This document shows positions 48,590-59,393 of a DNA stretch of 64,000 nucleotides, piece by piece. The notes beneath the pieces are model-generated. The model saw only the letters and a program-made list of their open reading frames with translations, was not told where the DNA came from and did not search any database. Source of the stretch: Vitrella brassicaformis CCMP3155 (taxonomy: Eukaryota; Protista; Chromerida); contig CDMY01000262.1 of assembly GCA_001179505.1 (NCBI GenBank), positions 1 through 64,000 of the forward strand, given 5' to 3'. A program made the position numbers and the translations under genes. Position 1 is the first letter of the stretch. Each line of letters starts with the position of its first letter.

Positions 48590-49856
48590 GACCGATGGCT
48601 TCATCTCTGTCTGATGTGTACATATTGTATGCAGTCTGATCTCTTTCGTTGGCTATTGCTGTTGAACCGTGGTTCGATTGACTCATTTCATGCCCATGAC
48701 CATCAGTCAGTCCAGATATGGCCTGCACGCGCGACATGAGCTTGACGGCAACAGAGTAGAGGGGTGTGGAGGCATCCATGCCCATCCTATCGGTCGTTGC
48801 ATTAATGTCTGCTGGGCTGAGATGCTGGCATAGCCACTCGATCACGTGATACGACCACGTCCACGATGCCGGAATCAGCATGTAAGGGGTGACCGTGGCG
48901 CCGTTGTCCTTCATCAGCTGCAGGTAGGCAAAGGTGAAGCCGCGCGAGTAGATGGGGCCTGTTTCGGCCGCTGAGTCGAGAACCGTGGCAGAGATGGCGA
49001 GGGAGCGGTCGTGTTTGACGAGGTAGGTGTAGATGGCCAACAGGGCCTCCTCGTACTGCTGGCTCGAGCGCACCAATCGCGGCAATTCCACCAGCGTCCG
49101 TCGCCCCCACAACCACCCTCGCCCTCGCAGAACCGCCCCGTTGACCACGAGTGTCTTGACGGCCGTCAGGTTGCCCGCTCGCACCGCCATCTCGATGGGA
49201 CCCTTGCTCTCGATGCTGAAGTACCGGGAAACCTTCCATGTCTCAGGAAAGCTGTTGATCCGGAGCCATCCGATGGCCTCGATCAAAGCCGGCAGGATGG
49301 CCGCCTGCACCTCGCGCGACGGCCATAGCGGCAAGACGACCTCTGCTCCCTGATCTAGCCCGATGCTAAGCCCCTCCTCGAGCACTGTTGGCGTGCTCCA
49401 GTCGTCGATGGCCAAGGACAGCAGACACAGACGCAGCACTCGAGTACGCCACTCTATACGCCGACGCCACAGCTCGACGTACACGGCGGCGTCGGCGCCT
49501 TGGCGGATGAGCTGCTGCACTTCAGCAGGGGTGATGGTGCGTAGTATGATGCCGCCCACCAGCCGCTGCGTCGCTTCATTCGTGTCAGGTGGGAGGCGGA
49601 TCTCGACAGCCTTTGGCTTCATCGCCTGCTGCTCCGGCCGCCGCTGCTGCTGGTGTGGTTGCTGCCAAGCTGATGATGACGACGCCGACTTGTCATTGAT
49701 TAGGCTGCCTACAGCGGCGTACGGCACGCGCTCGACCTTGAGCCGGCCGCCCGAGTCCCTGGCGTCCTCCTCAGTCACCGTCCACTCGGTGCCCATGCCC
49801 AGCGGGTAGGGACACACCCCATTCTCGTCTGTGAGTGAAGGCACAGAGAAAGACAT
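48590..49856 (-). pseudogene. Second member of the same ankyrin family, convergent, 3'-truncated (5' exons lie further upstream)
   Basis: Colinear with the + gene (VEIRLPP, LLSLAIDD, VLPLWPSR, PIEMAVRAGNLTAVK, AYLQLMKDNGA, DINA..STPL) up to ...SDRDEAIG, then homology stops; no in-frame stop until 47541. Confidence 0.65.
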
Positions 49857-50757
49857 CCGTGATTGCGTGGCGCGGGATGCAGCAGAGAGTGTGTCAGTAT
49901 CTCACGTACCTTCAGCAGGCTGTGTGCATTGCTGAGGGGTCGGTTGCTCGGAGGGCTGCGGCAGGCAGATGAGCACATCTGACAGAGAAAGGACATCACA
50001 TCATGGATTCACCTCATTCATCCATCCATCCATCTGTTTGTCGTCCGTTTTGGCTCACAGTCGAGGCCCGTGGTTGGAAGAGATGGCTCTATCGCCGGCA
50101 TGACGTGCCGGATTGAGGGCTGCAGACGTAACGCTCAGACGCGGCCGCCATTGTCATGTCCTATGGGAACGAAGAGAACTTCAAGGTGATCATCGTCGCC
50201 TCTCTGGCACAGACGGCATGCTGCCCACCTGAAGGCAAGTCACTCGCGAAGAGCGCCGCCATGCTCGCGCCGGTGGATGAATGGATACGATAACCTGCAT
50301 GGACAGACAAACAGCAGCCGTGTGGCCGTCTGCAGCGAGTCTGTTGCCCCGCTGCTCACCTGGCAATCGGTGTTTTTGTTTCGTGCAGGGAGGCAGCGAG
50401 GAGCGATGAACCAACGATAAGCCACTAATCAAACCGCCTCGCCAGCCACTTTTTGATGAGTTCATACCCGGAGTTTAGGGTAAGAGCTTAACACAGCATC
50501 AGAAGCCCAGCTCGCACGGCTAGCGATGCCTTTGGCTGAGCTGCCGGCCAACCATCCAACCAGCCATCCAGAGCTGTTGCAACCTCTACGCTCCTTCGAT
50601 CTCATCAGATCATGCCGGACCGCCTCTTTACGGAGTGGTTTGCTTCTCAGAGATTCGGGTCAATACATCCATCAGCAAGGGCGACGGGCGCTTGGTGTTA
50701 ACAAAACAAACCGCTGCTGCCGGCGAGTGGTGTTTATTATAGCTCTGGTTGTCGAGC

Positions 50758-52491
50758 ATGAGTGTTGAAGGAGAGCCGAAGCGTCCCCGCGCACAAGGCG
50801 GCGACTCGGCCGCTGCCGCTGCTGCCGGCGGCACACCGGTGAGCAACCGACAAGCGAACGCATTCACTCGAGAGAGCACACACGTCCATCATTCATCGTC
50901 TGTCTGTGTTTGTGTTGCAGTCCATCAGTGAGGGTTTGGTTCGTCTGGCGGAGCGCATCGCATCGCTGCACACACACATTGATCAGGCAAGTGGCGCAGC
51001 AGAGGCCCAATGGACTCACTGCTGGTGTGCTCTCGTCCACTGTGTGTGTGTGTGTGTGGTGCCTGCAGGTCTCACGAGAGGCTGCCGGTGTGCAGCAGCT
51101 CTTCAACACCACAGTAGCCGCACAGGTCAACCACACACACTCACACGAGAGAGTACTGCAGCCGTAACTCTCTCTCTGGTTGTCTATCTGTGTGTTCGGT
51201 GCAGACGCCATTTCTCGCCGCTAAGTGGGTCAACGTCTTCGCCGCTCTCTCGTCGGCTACTGATGCGCTGCGCGGCGTCGAGGATGGCGTCAAGGGCACC
51301 ATTCGGCCCATCGGCTGGGCCAAGCCGCCCCCGCCCGCCGACTCGGCTGACGGCCTGCCGCCTGATGTCTGCCGCGACGTCATCTACCCGTGCCTGCCCA
51401 TCGATGAGGCCGTCTGCTCGGCCCGCCCCATCAGCAGGGCACACGGCAGCCAACTCGTCAATGAGGCCTTCGTGCAGCGCTGCATCGCCAAGCACCTCAG
51501 CCGCCACTCGCTGACCGGCCTGATCGACGTGCACCGGACAGCAGCAGACACTGTCAATGCTGCGGCGCCCACCCCTGCTCCTCCGACCGCCAGCAGCAGC
51601 AGTGACGCACCGGCCGCTGCAGGCGGTGACGGCCCTCATGTGTCGCATATCTGCTATCTGTGCCGGTGCTGCTATGTACTGGAGCATGGCGGGGCGCTGT
51701 GGTGTGAGTGGCCCGACTTCATCCGGCTGGCTGACATCTACAAGCTGACTCCCTCGACTGGCCTGCCGTTGATCATGTCGGCCCAGTGGATGGCGGCCCA
51801 CCTGCCCACCAAGGCCGACTTCCACACCATGCCCCTCGCCCTTCGCCAGTACAGCACATTCGGCCACCTCTTCAACTACAGGGGCACCAGTCTGGCGCTC
51901 ACAAAGGTGGATGAGGCCGATGATGGCGACGAGGCCAAGAAGGAGGATGGAGAGGAGGGGGACGGAGAGGGGGACGGTCTTGTGACGAGGCAGCGCTACA
52001 GGATCCGCGATGTCTACTTTACGACGGTGCCGCTGTCCGCCCTCCCTGCCGACTGCCCCTTCCGTGACACATATGACCCCCACAACCCGCCCATCCGCTA
52101 CCATGGCCACTTCTTCCCCTCATTCACGGCCTTCATGAAGTGGTTGGTGCTGGCGAACTGGTATGGCCGAGAGGGGGTGGACGAGAAGCAGGTATTCTAC
52201 GCGGAAGTAGGCGATGGCGATGAGCCGTTTCAGCCACTGCTGACCCGTGACATCGACGGCCACACCACCATCGACTTCATCTACGGCGAGCGGGTGCGAC
52301 TCATCATCCTCAGGGGCACAGAGGAGGGGGACACCGTCGCCGCCTACCTGTGGCTGACCGGTGGCAGCATCGTCCTGTACACAACCGAGGCGGAGATTGA
52401 GGGCCAGGAGCTCTACGACTACCCCATCGCGATGTCCTTGGCCCACGCTCTCTTAACCAAAAACGGTCTCGCCCACCTCATCCCGCACTAG
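50758..52491 (+). CDS. Lineage-specific protein with F-box-like motif
   Basis: Short 5' exons from MSVEGEPKRPR, then long exon 51205-52491; LPPDVCRDVIYPCLPIDEAVCSARPISR resembles an F-box-like signature; coding-like codon use. Confidence 0.6.
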
Positions 52492-52522
52492 AGGAGAGCA
52501 CACAACACAAGTGAGCCGTTGT

Positions 52523-53022
52523 GGGGAAGAGACATTGACATATATACAAGATGCAACAAGCGAGTGCCTCGATGACATTGGTGTGTCTGTGTCTGTCTTT
52601 CTGTAGGTGAGATGATTCGTAGACTGGTGGTGCTGGCAGTGAACAGACAGCCCAGCAGCACTTGCAGCGAGATGTGAGTAGATGAGATAAAAGGGGCGCG
52701 GTGTCGACTGCCGACATCTGTACATGTCCATGTCCACGTCGTCCGGCCACGGTGGGAAGAGAGATTCACATGTACAAGGTGCAACAAGTGAGTTCCTTGA
52801 TGACATTGGTGCGTCTGTGTGGGTCTGTGTGTGTCTCTCTCTCTGTGTGTGTGTGTGTGTGTGTCTGTAAGTTGATTCGTAGACTGGTGATTCTTGCAGT
52901 GAACAGCCCAGCAGCGAGTGTGCAGGCTGACGGTGGAGGGCTGACTTGCAGCGAGATGTGAGTTGATGAGATGGAGGGGCGCGGTGTCGTCTGCCGACAT
53001 CTGTCCACGTCGTCTGGCCATG
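52523..53022 (+). repeat. Non-coding tandem duplication (two diverged ~230-270 bp units)
   Basis: Units start near 52524 and 52753 and share gggaagaga.att.acat..., gatgacattggtg, gattcgtagactggtg, cttgcagcgagatgtgag, ggggcgcggtgtcg.ctgccgacatctgt. Confidence 0.85.
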
Positions 53023-54132
53023 TGTGAGAATGAATGGTCATGTGTGAATTACACTGACTGACTGACGGTGGGCGGATTCACTCCCATCCAGTCCAATCCA
53101 AGTGTCCGTGTCCATAGTGGATATTCACACGCGCACTCACACTCACCCCCAACCACAGAGCGCAGGCCAGCCTCCCCCACACGCACCACATCAGAACAGG
53201 TGACACAACGACTACCGGCCACTTCAGTGTCTGTAGAATAAGTGACGACTCGCCACACGGCCGGCCAATACACTCCGGCAAAAGGCATGCCAATCGCAGC
53301 AGCAGCAGCCATCAGGGAGGGGACACTGACAGCTTCTCACTTCTGCGGTGACCTTGAAACTGCTCCTATCGAATATAAAGTGTAGACAGCGATTGATGGC
53401 CTGCGAACACCCAACACAACACAGGAGTGAGGAGCAGCAGCTGCAATTGAGACACACACTGGGTGATTCTGTCTCCTTCCTGTCTGCCGTGCTCATCTTG
53501 TGGTGTTGCGTTGCGCTGTGTGGGTTTGCCAGGATGGGCGCTCCTCACACCACCTGCATGTGTCAACAGGACCCACAGCAACCACACCAAGTGTGTGCGT
53601 GTGACGGTCAATGTGTTGGAGGGTACCGGATGGACTTACCTTGCGTGGAGTGAAGGAAGTTGCCTGTCTTGTAGGGACCCAGCCAGCCACACCTACCCAC
53701 CACAGAGAGAGACATACACAGAGACGACATACGTCCAACCAGCTGCATACATACCGGCTGGGCGTCCTTGGGGGATGAGGCCGCGTTGTTGTTGTCGAAG
53801 TGTCCAGCAGATATAAAATGTATGCAGCGATGTCATCTCTGCAGTCACACAGAAGGTCAGACTCACAGTTTGAAGATCGCGTGTCTCCTCTGCTCCCTCA
53901 CCTGAGAAGTTCCCGGCTTGAACTCGTCGTCCCGTCCCGCTCGCACCCTCTTGACCCGCAAACACACGCCCACCCACACCACTCCGTCCGCAGCAACCTC
54001 AGCACCGCCATCACCTACCGCGACACGATGCGGCACCTGATCTCATCCTCCGCTCCACATCCTCTCACGCACTCCATTTCTTCTACGCACCCCACTCCCC
54101 TCGCCCTGCGATAATCGGTGCCCACCCCTCCA

Positions 54133-56240
54133 TTAGGAGGGATAGGCCTGTGCGATGAGGGTCTCTACACAGTCGACGAGGGGCTGGAGCGATGCGTCGG
54201 GGGGCGGGTGGGCGAGTGGGGGGATGAAGGCAAGACACTCCCGTGCTATGAGCAAGTCCAGCAGCTCCTCCTTTGGCCCTCCGTGGCGGCTGATGGTGTC
54301 GTCGATGTCCGACAGCAGCTGCTGGTGCACCGCCGTGGCCTCGTCGAGGCCGTGCTGCAGGAAGTGCTGGGGCCCCGCCTGGGCCTGGGCCTCTAGAGAG
54401 CGGACAAGCCGCTCGTAGAGGGTGCCGCTGCCGATTTGCTGGTATGTGCCCCACCCTTGATGGCCGCGGCCCATGACGGGTGGCTGCCAGCGCCGCCATC
54501 CCCACGCTCATCGCCGTTGCATAGACGTCGCTGTACTGGCTTTTGGCCAGGTACTGGCGGCCGGCGGCGTGGGAGAGGTAGTAGCAGAGGGAGATGAAGG
54601 GATCTGGTGATGGGATGCTGAAGACGGGGTTGAGGGCCTTGTGAAAGTCTTCGCCCTTCTGCATCTCCCTCACCGCCTCGTGGTCGATGTGGACCACCTC
54701 CATGTGGCCCCTCGTGCCGACCACCAGCAGGTTGCTGGCATGAGCATCCCCATGGATCAGCCACCCCTGTCGCTCCTCGTCCCTCCTACACAGCCGCGGG
54801 ATGTTGGTGGACATGCCCACGTCGAGATAGCTGCGGCAGAAGAGCTCACGCAGAGGGGGCGAGTGGGGCTTGAGTGGGAGGCACTCCTGGCTCTCGTCGG
54901 CCTCCACAGGCACGGGCAGCGTCTTGGACTTCTGGAAGTCCCTCATGGCGGTGAGGGCGCGAGAAGGCCGCGATGGATGGCTGGGCGGCTGAAGACCTTG
55001 GCTTCTGAGTCGCAGCCGGGCAGGTCTTGTCGATGAAGGTCCCAACGATTATAAAATGTAGGCAGCGATGTCAGGTCTGCAGGCAGAGACAGATTGCCTG
55101 AATGCACACAAGCTATAGACATAGTGTGTCTGCTTGGTCTCTCACTCCTGGCTCTCGTCGGCCTCCACAGGCACGGGCAGCGTCTTGGACTTGTGGAAGT
55201 CCCTCATGGCGGTGAGGGCGCAGGAGGCCGCGGTGTATGGCTGGCCGGCTGCTGTGGTGGATCGAGTAAACGACCTCCGGTTTGATGGGCATGCCGGCGC
55301 CTGCCGTGCCGTATCCGTGTGGGGCGGGTGTGGTGGGGGTGATGGTGGTGCCTTCGGTGACCATGGCGTTGATGGCGGCCCGGGCGACGGCAAAGTGGTG
55401 CAGGTTGGGGGCACCGTGCCCGTCGAACTCTGCCAACACGGACACCAGAAACGACACTCTTCTCTGTGGCGATGCATGCCGATTGTCTTTGCGTCTCCTT
55501 ACCCATGACCTTTACCGCATAGTAGGGTCGACCGGTCGTCTCTCCCGCCCCCTCGACCTTCTGCCCTCTGTGCGTCCTCATGTTGGGGGTCGCCACTGTG
55601 ATGGCGACGGGCTCCTCCACGCCGACATAGCCGCGGGACAGCAGGGGGGCGCCCTCAGCTGTCCCTCCAGCCGGTGGAGCAGCTGGGCCTCGTCCTCGAT
55701 GCCCCTCAACGCCGCCCGCTCCGCCCTCTCGGCCTCCCTCTAAGCCTTCGCCCCTCTCGGCTGGGGCTGCCCCGACTGCCTCAGCAATTCCCGCAGCAGC
55801 GGCTTGGGCGTGCGCATCTTGATGATGCAGTCCTTGCCGTGCAGCGTGGCCCTCAGGGAGATGGTCCGGTCGTTGAGCCAGTAGTCGCTGGTGAGGGTGT
55901 GCTCCCCGAGGGCGACACGCTTGGACGCGCTGCTGCGAGGCTGGGCGGGAGTGCGGAGCAGACGCAGACAGCTCCTGGTCCTCGACAACAACTTCACCAA
56001 CACACACATCACACGCGCAGACAGAAAAGTGAATCAAGTCACATTTCTTCGCCCTCTTGTTGTCCATCCATCCATCCGTACCTTGGCTAGTCACGCTGGG
56101 CTCGTCACAGTCACCCACAGGCGACTCACTGGGCGCACCGGCGGCAGGGGCACTCTCGGCAGGTCTCTTCTCCTGCGTGGCGGCTCGACAACCGCCTCGT
56201 GGTCCCTCTCCTCCTCCTCCTCCGGCTGGCGGGTGTGCGT
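54133..56240 (-). pseudogene. Kinase-like paralogue 3, frameshifted and interrupted
   Basis: DYWLNDRTISL...CIIKMRTP, GIEDEAQLL, LIHGDAHASN, IDHE, YSDVY, ends AYPS*; same two intron positions as paralogue 1; several frame changes plus an inserted module with a ~100-bp flanking duplication. Confidence 0.8.
54983..55145 (-). repeat. ~160-bp intron-bearing module, copy 3
   Basis: gtgagag...48-nt intron...cattcag|gc(a/g)at...ggtcttcagccgccc on the minus strand; see also 56668-56818 and 58194-58356. Confidence 0.92.
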
Positions 56241-56667
56241 ACCGTTACCCACGACTCATTCACCGCAGCTCCGTCGCAGGCACTCATTCACGACTCACTC
56301 ACCCGTTACGGGCGACAGGGGTGCTGCTTTGGGCTGTTGGTGTGTCCGATAGGGGCGGGGAGAGAGAACAGCCAGCTCTGGTGTCTCTCGCTGGCGTGGT
56401 CTGTCTTCTGTCTGGCTGTCTTCTTATCTACAGAGGTGTCAATACAGTATCTGAACACACATAGACACACACACACACACGTCACACAGACATACGGCAA
56501 CGAGGGAGTATATGCCGTCCTCACCTCCTGAGAGTGTGTGGGGTATGTGTGCTGTAGTGAGTCAGTCGCTGCCGCCCGCTGCCGTGCGTGCCCTGGCCTC
56601 CTGTCGTCGCCGCTCCCTCTCATCCTCTTCCACACGCTGATTGAGCCGGCGTTGTTGAAGTAGTTAC

Positions 56668-56818
56668 GGGCGGCTGAAGACCTTCCAGCCGGACAGGTCT
56701 TGTCGATGAAGGTCCCGGCGGATATAAAATGTAGGCAGCGATGTCAGGTCTGCAGACAGAGACACATCGCCTGAATGCACACAAGCTATAGACATAGTGT
56801 GTCTGCTAGGTCTCTCAC
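56668..56818 (-). repeat. ~160-bp intron-bearing module, copy 2 (12 nt shorter)
   Basis: Same sequence; immediately followed by a kinase-family scrap NYFNNAGSISVW (~56630-56667). Confidence 0.92.
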
Positions 56819-56878
56819 GATGTTTCTTCCGTGTCCTCTCCCTCTCCCTGCGATAGACGATTGACCCCCACCCCTCCA

Positions 56879-58600
56879 TCAGGAGGAGTAGGGGGTGGCT
56901 GCGATGATCTCCTCTACGGCAGTGATCAGGATGTCGAGCGGTGACTCTGCGGGGGGCTGGGCGAGGGGAGGGATGGACAGGAGGCACTGCCACGCGATCT
57001 TGAGGTCCGTCACCTCGTCGGCTGGGCCTTCCTGGGCCTCCTGCTCCTCGATGGATTTGATGATGTCGGCGACGAGGGCGTTGTGGGCGTCGGTCACCTC
57101 AGCCAGCCCCGTCTCCTGGAACTGCAGCCGCCTCTCCGTGCCCGCCTTGCCCTTGGACGCCCGTAGGTGGCCGCCGCGAAGTCGGATGAGGCGGTCGAAT
57201 AAGGAACCGCTCTGTCCGCCTCCCTGACAGCGCCCCCAACCCATGAACGCCCCCGCCCACGCCGGATTCCCCGCCAGCGCCGCCAAGGCCACCGTCAGGA
57301 TGACCCCGTAGTGGTCGGTGTACTGGCTGTCGGCTAGGGTCATCCTGTTGGCGGCCTCGTTGAGGTCATAGCTGACTGGCACAAACGGCACGGGGGAATG
57401 GACCTCCAGGGGCGGGTTGGTGTCCTGGTGGAAAGGCCGGTCCTGCTGCAGCTCCCTGCTGGTCTCGTGGTCGATGTGGGCCACGTCCCCCTCCTCCTTG
57501 CTGCCGACCATCAGCAAATTGCCGCCGTGGGCATCGCCGTGAATGAGGGAAACCTGCCCCTGCCCGCTCCTCCAGATGGACGGCAGGTTGGAGAAGCCTC
57601 CCACCACCATCGAGTCCGGCACGTGGCAGTTCTGCAGCTCCCATGAGTATGGCACAGCGCTCGGGCAGCCGTCGGGTGGTGCGCCTTGTGGTGGTGGTGG
57701 TGGCAACGGGTGTAGGGTCTTGAGGCTGCCGAAGTGCCGCATGGTGGTGAGAGCGGCGAGCAGGCCCTGGTGGATGGTGCGGCGGGGTGTGCTGGCGATG
57801 GATGTCAGCAGGGATGGCGTCATGGGCAGGCCGAAGTCCAGCTGGAAGGGGAGCAGCGCTGTGCGGGGGTCCAGCTGGTTGGTCCTCTGGTGGTTGGCGG
57901 CAGCGTGGAGGAGGGTCACCTGGGTGAGGTTGGGGGCGTCCTCGCCATCAAACTCTGCATAACCACACAAATGGACACCCACAATACATGTATGCTGCTG
58001 CCTTTTCTGCTGGTGTTCGGCTGCTGGCTTACTCATGACTTCGACGGCATAGTATGGACCCTTCAGCTTCACCTCGACGAAGTGCTGGGCCGTCACGCCC
58101 TCGGCACCCCTCCGATTGGCCATGTCGGCCGGCGGCAGCCGCAGCTTGAAGGGCGTGCTCCTGCGGACGAAGCCCCTCGACAGGAGCCGATATGGGCGGC
58201 TGAAGACCTTGGCTTCTGAGTCGCAGCCGGGCAAGTCATGTCGATGAAGGTCCCGGCGGATATAAAATGTAGGCAGCGATGTCAGGTCTGCAGACAGAGA
58301 CACATCGCCTGAATGCACACAAGCTATAGACATAGTGTGTCTGCGTAGTCTCTCACTGACGGCACCTTCTCTCGATGTTCTTCTGTTCCTTCAATGCCCC
58401 GCATGCAGGCGACGTTGAATCGCTCCAGCCTGTTGTCGCAGAACTGGCCCATCTCCCGCAGCAGCAACTCAGGTATCCTGAACTTGACGATGCACCCCGT
58501 GCCGTGCAGTTTGGCCCGCACGCTGATGGAGCGGGCGTTGAAGTAATACGTGCTGGATGTCAGTCTCGTCAGATAAAAAATGTAGCCAACGATTGGTGGC
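56879..58600 (-). pseudogene. Kinase-like paralogue 2, lacking the N-terminal exon and frame-disrupted by the module
   Basis: YYFNARSISV...CIVKFRIP, MRGIE, then module, then LLSRG, GPYYAVEVM|intron, LIHGDAHGGN, IDHE, YTDHYG, TPYSS*. The N-lobe and the rest are in different frames, and each GT-AG splice I tested within the module leaves them out of frame. Confidence 0.78.
58194..58356 (-). repeat. ~160-bp intron-bearing module, copy 1
   Basis: Same sequence, sitting between the alphaC-like helix and LLSRG of paralogue 2. Confidence 0.92.
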
Positions 58601-58675
58601 CTGCACGGAATACAAGACACCACACCAGCAGCCGGCCTGTACAAGATACTGGTAGCGCAATGATGGTCAGATCAA

Positions 58676-59393
58676 TCAGATTGCATCCACCTCTGAACTG
58701 AGGATGCGGCGCTGCATGTCCCTCAGCCGCTCCATGCCTGCCGGGTCGGGGTCGTGCGGCGCCGTCCTGACCTTGACGCGCTCCATGCTGCACATGTTGG
58801 TCGACTTTGGTGCGGGTGTGGCGTTCCCGTAGTGGGACAATGCAGTAGGTCGACAAACAATGAGGGAATGTGTCGAGTCGTGTGTTTTGTGCTGTGTATT
58901 GATTCATTTCCCTGTCTCACTCGCCTCTTTGCAATTTCGCCGATGTAGGCGGTGGCGAAGCGAATGTGGTGTGGGTATGCGGGCTTGCCCGTGGCCACGG
59001 CGTACACCTCCACGACCGGCGGCGGGCAGGCGATCCCCTCGAGGTGAGCGAGGTGGTGGGCGAGCTTCGCCTGCATACACACATACGTACACAGCAACAC
59101 AGGCCTTGACCATTGATCCCCGTGTGTTGTGTGTCGTACCACGTCGGCGATGGGCGTTTGCGGGATCTTGATGGCAAACGAAGGCTGAGGTTGATCATGA
59201 GGGTGCACATGTCATAGAGAGACTGAAAGGAGGGAACAAACCACACACACGGGGGTGTCATCTTTTCTCGGCTTGCTGTCCCCCTGCTGCAGCTGCACTG
59301 CATTCTCACCATGCCGCCGCTGTTGCCCATTTTGGTGATGTCGTAGTTGCCGCGCGCCCTGTATGCCGGCCCCCACGGTGGGTCGAAGTAGAC
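58676..59393 (-). pseudogene. 3' fragment of a trimethylguanosine-synthase (TGS1-like) RNA-cap methyltransferase
   Basis: Spliced exons VYFDPPWGPAYRARGNYDITKMG | SLYDMC..(frameshift)..FAIKIP | ...VVEVY...ATAYIGEI; resembles TGS 'PPWGG.Y..FD...M' and C-terminal 'TAYFG'. The 5' part is absent and module B lies upstream. Confidence 0.55.

Noticed and set aside
50470-50485. TTTAGGG telomere-like heptamer
   Set aside because: Single copy, not an array.
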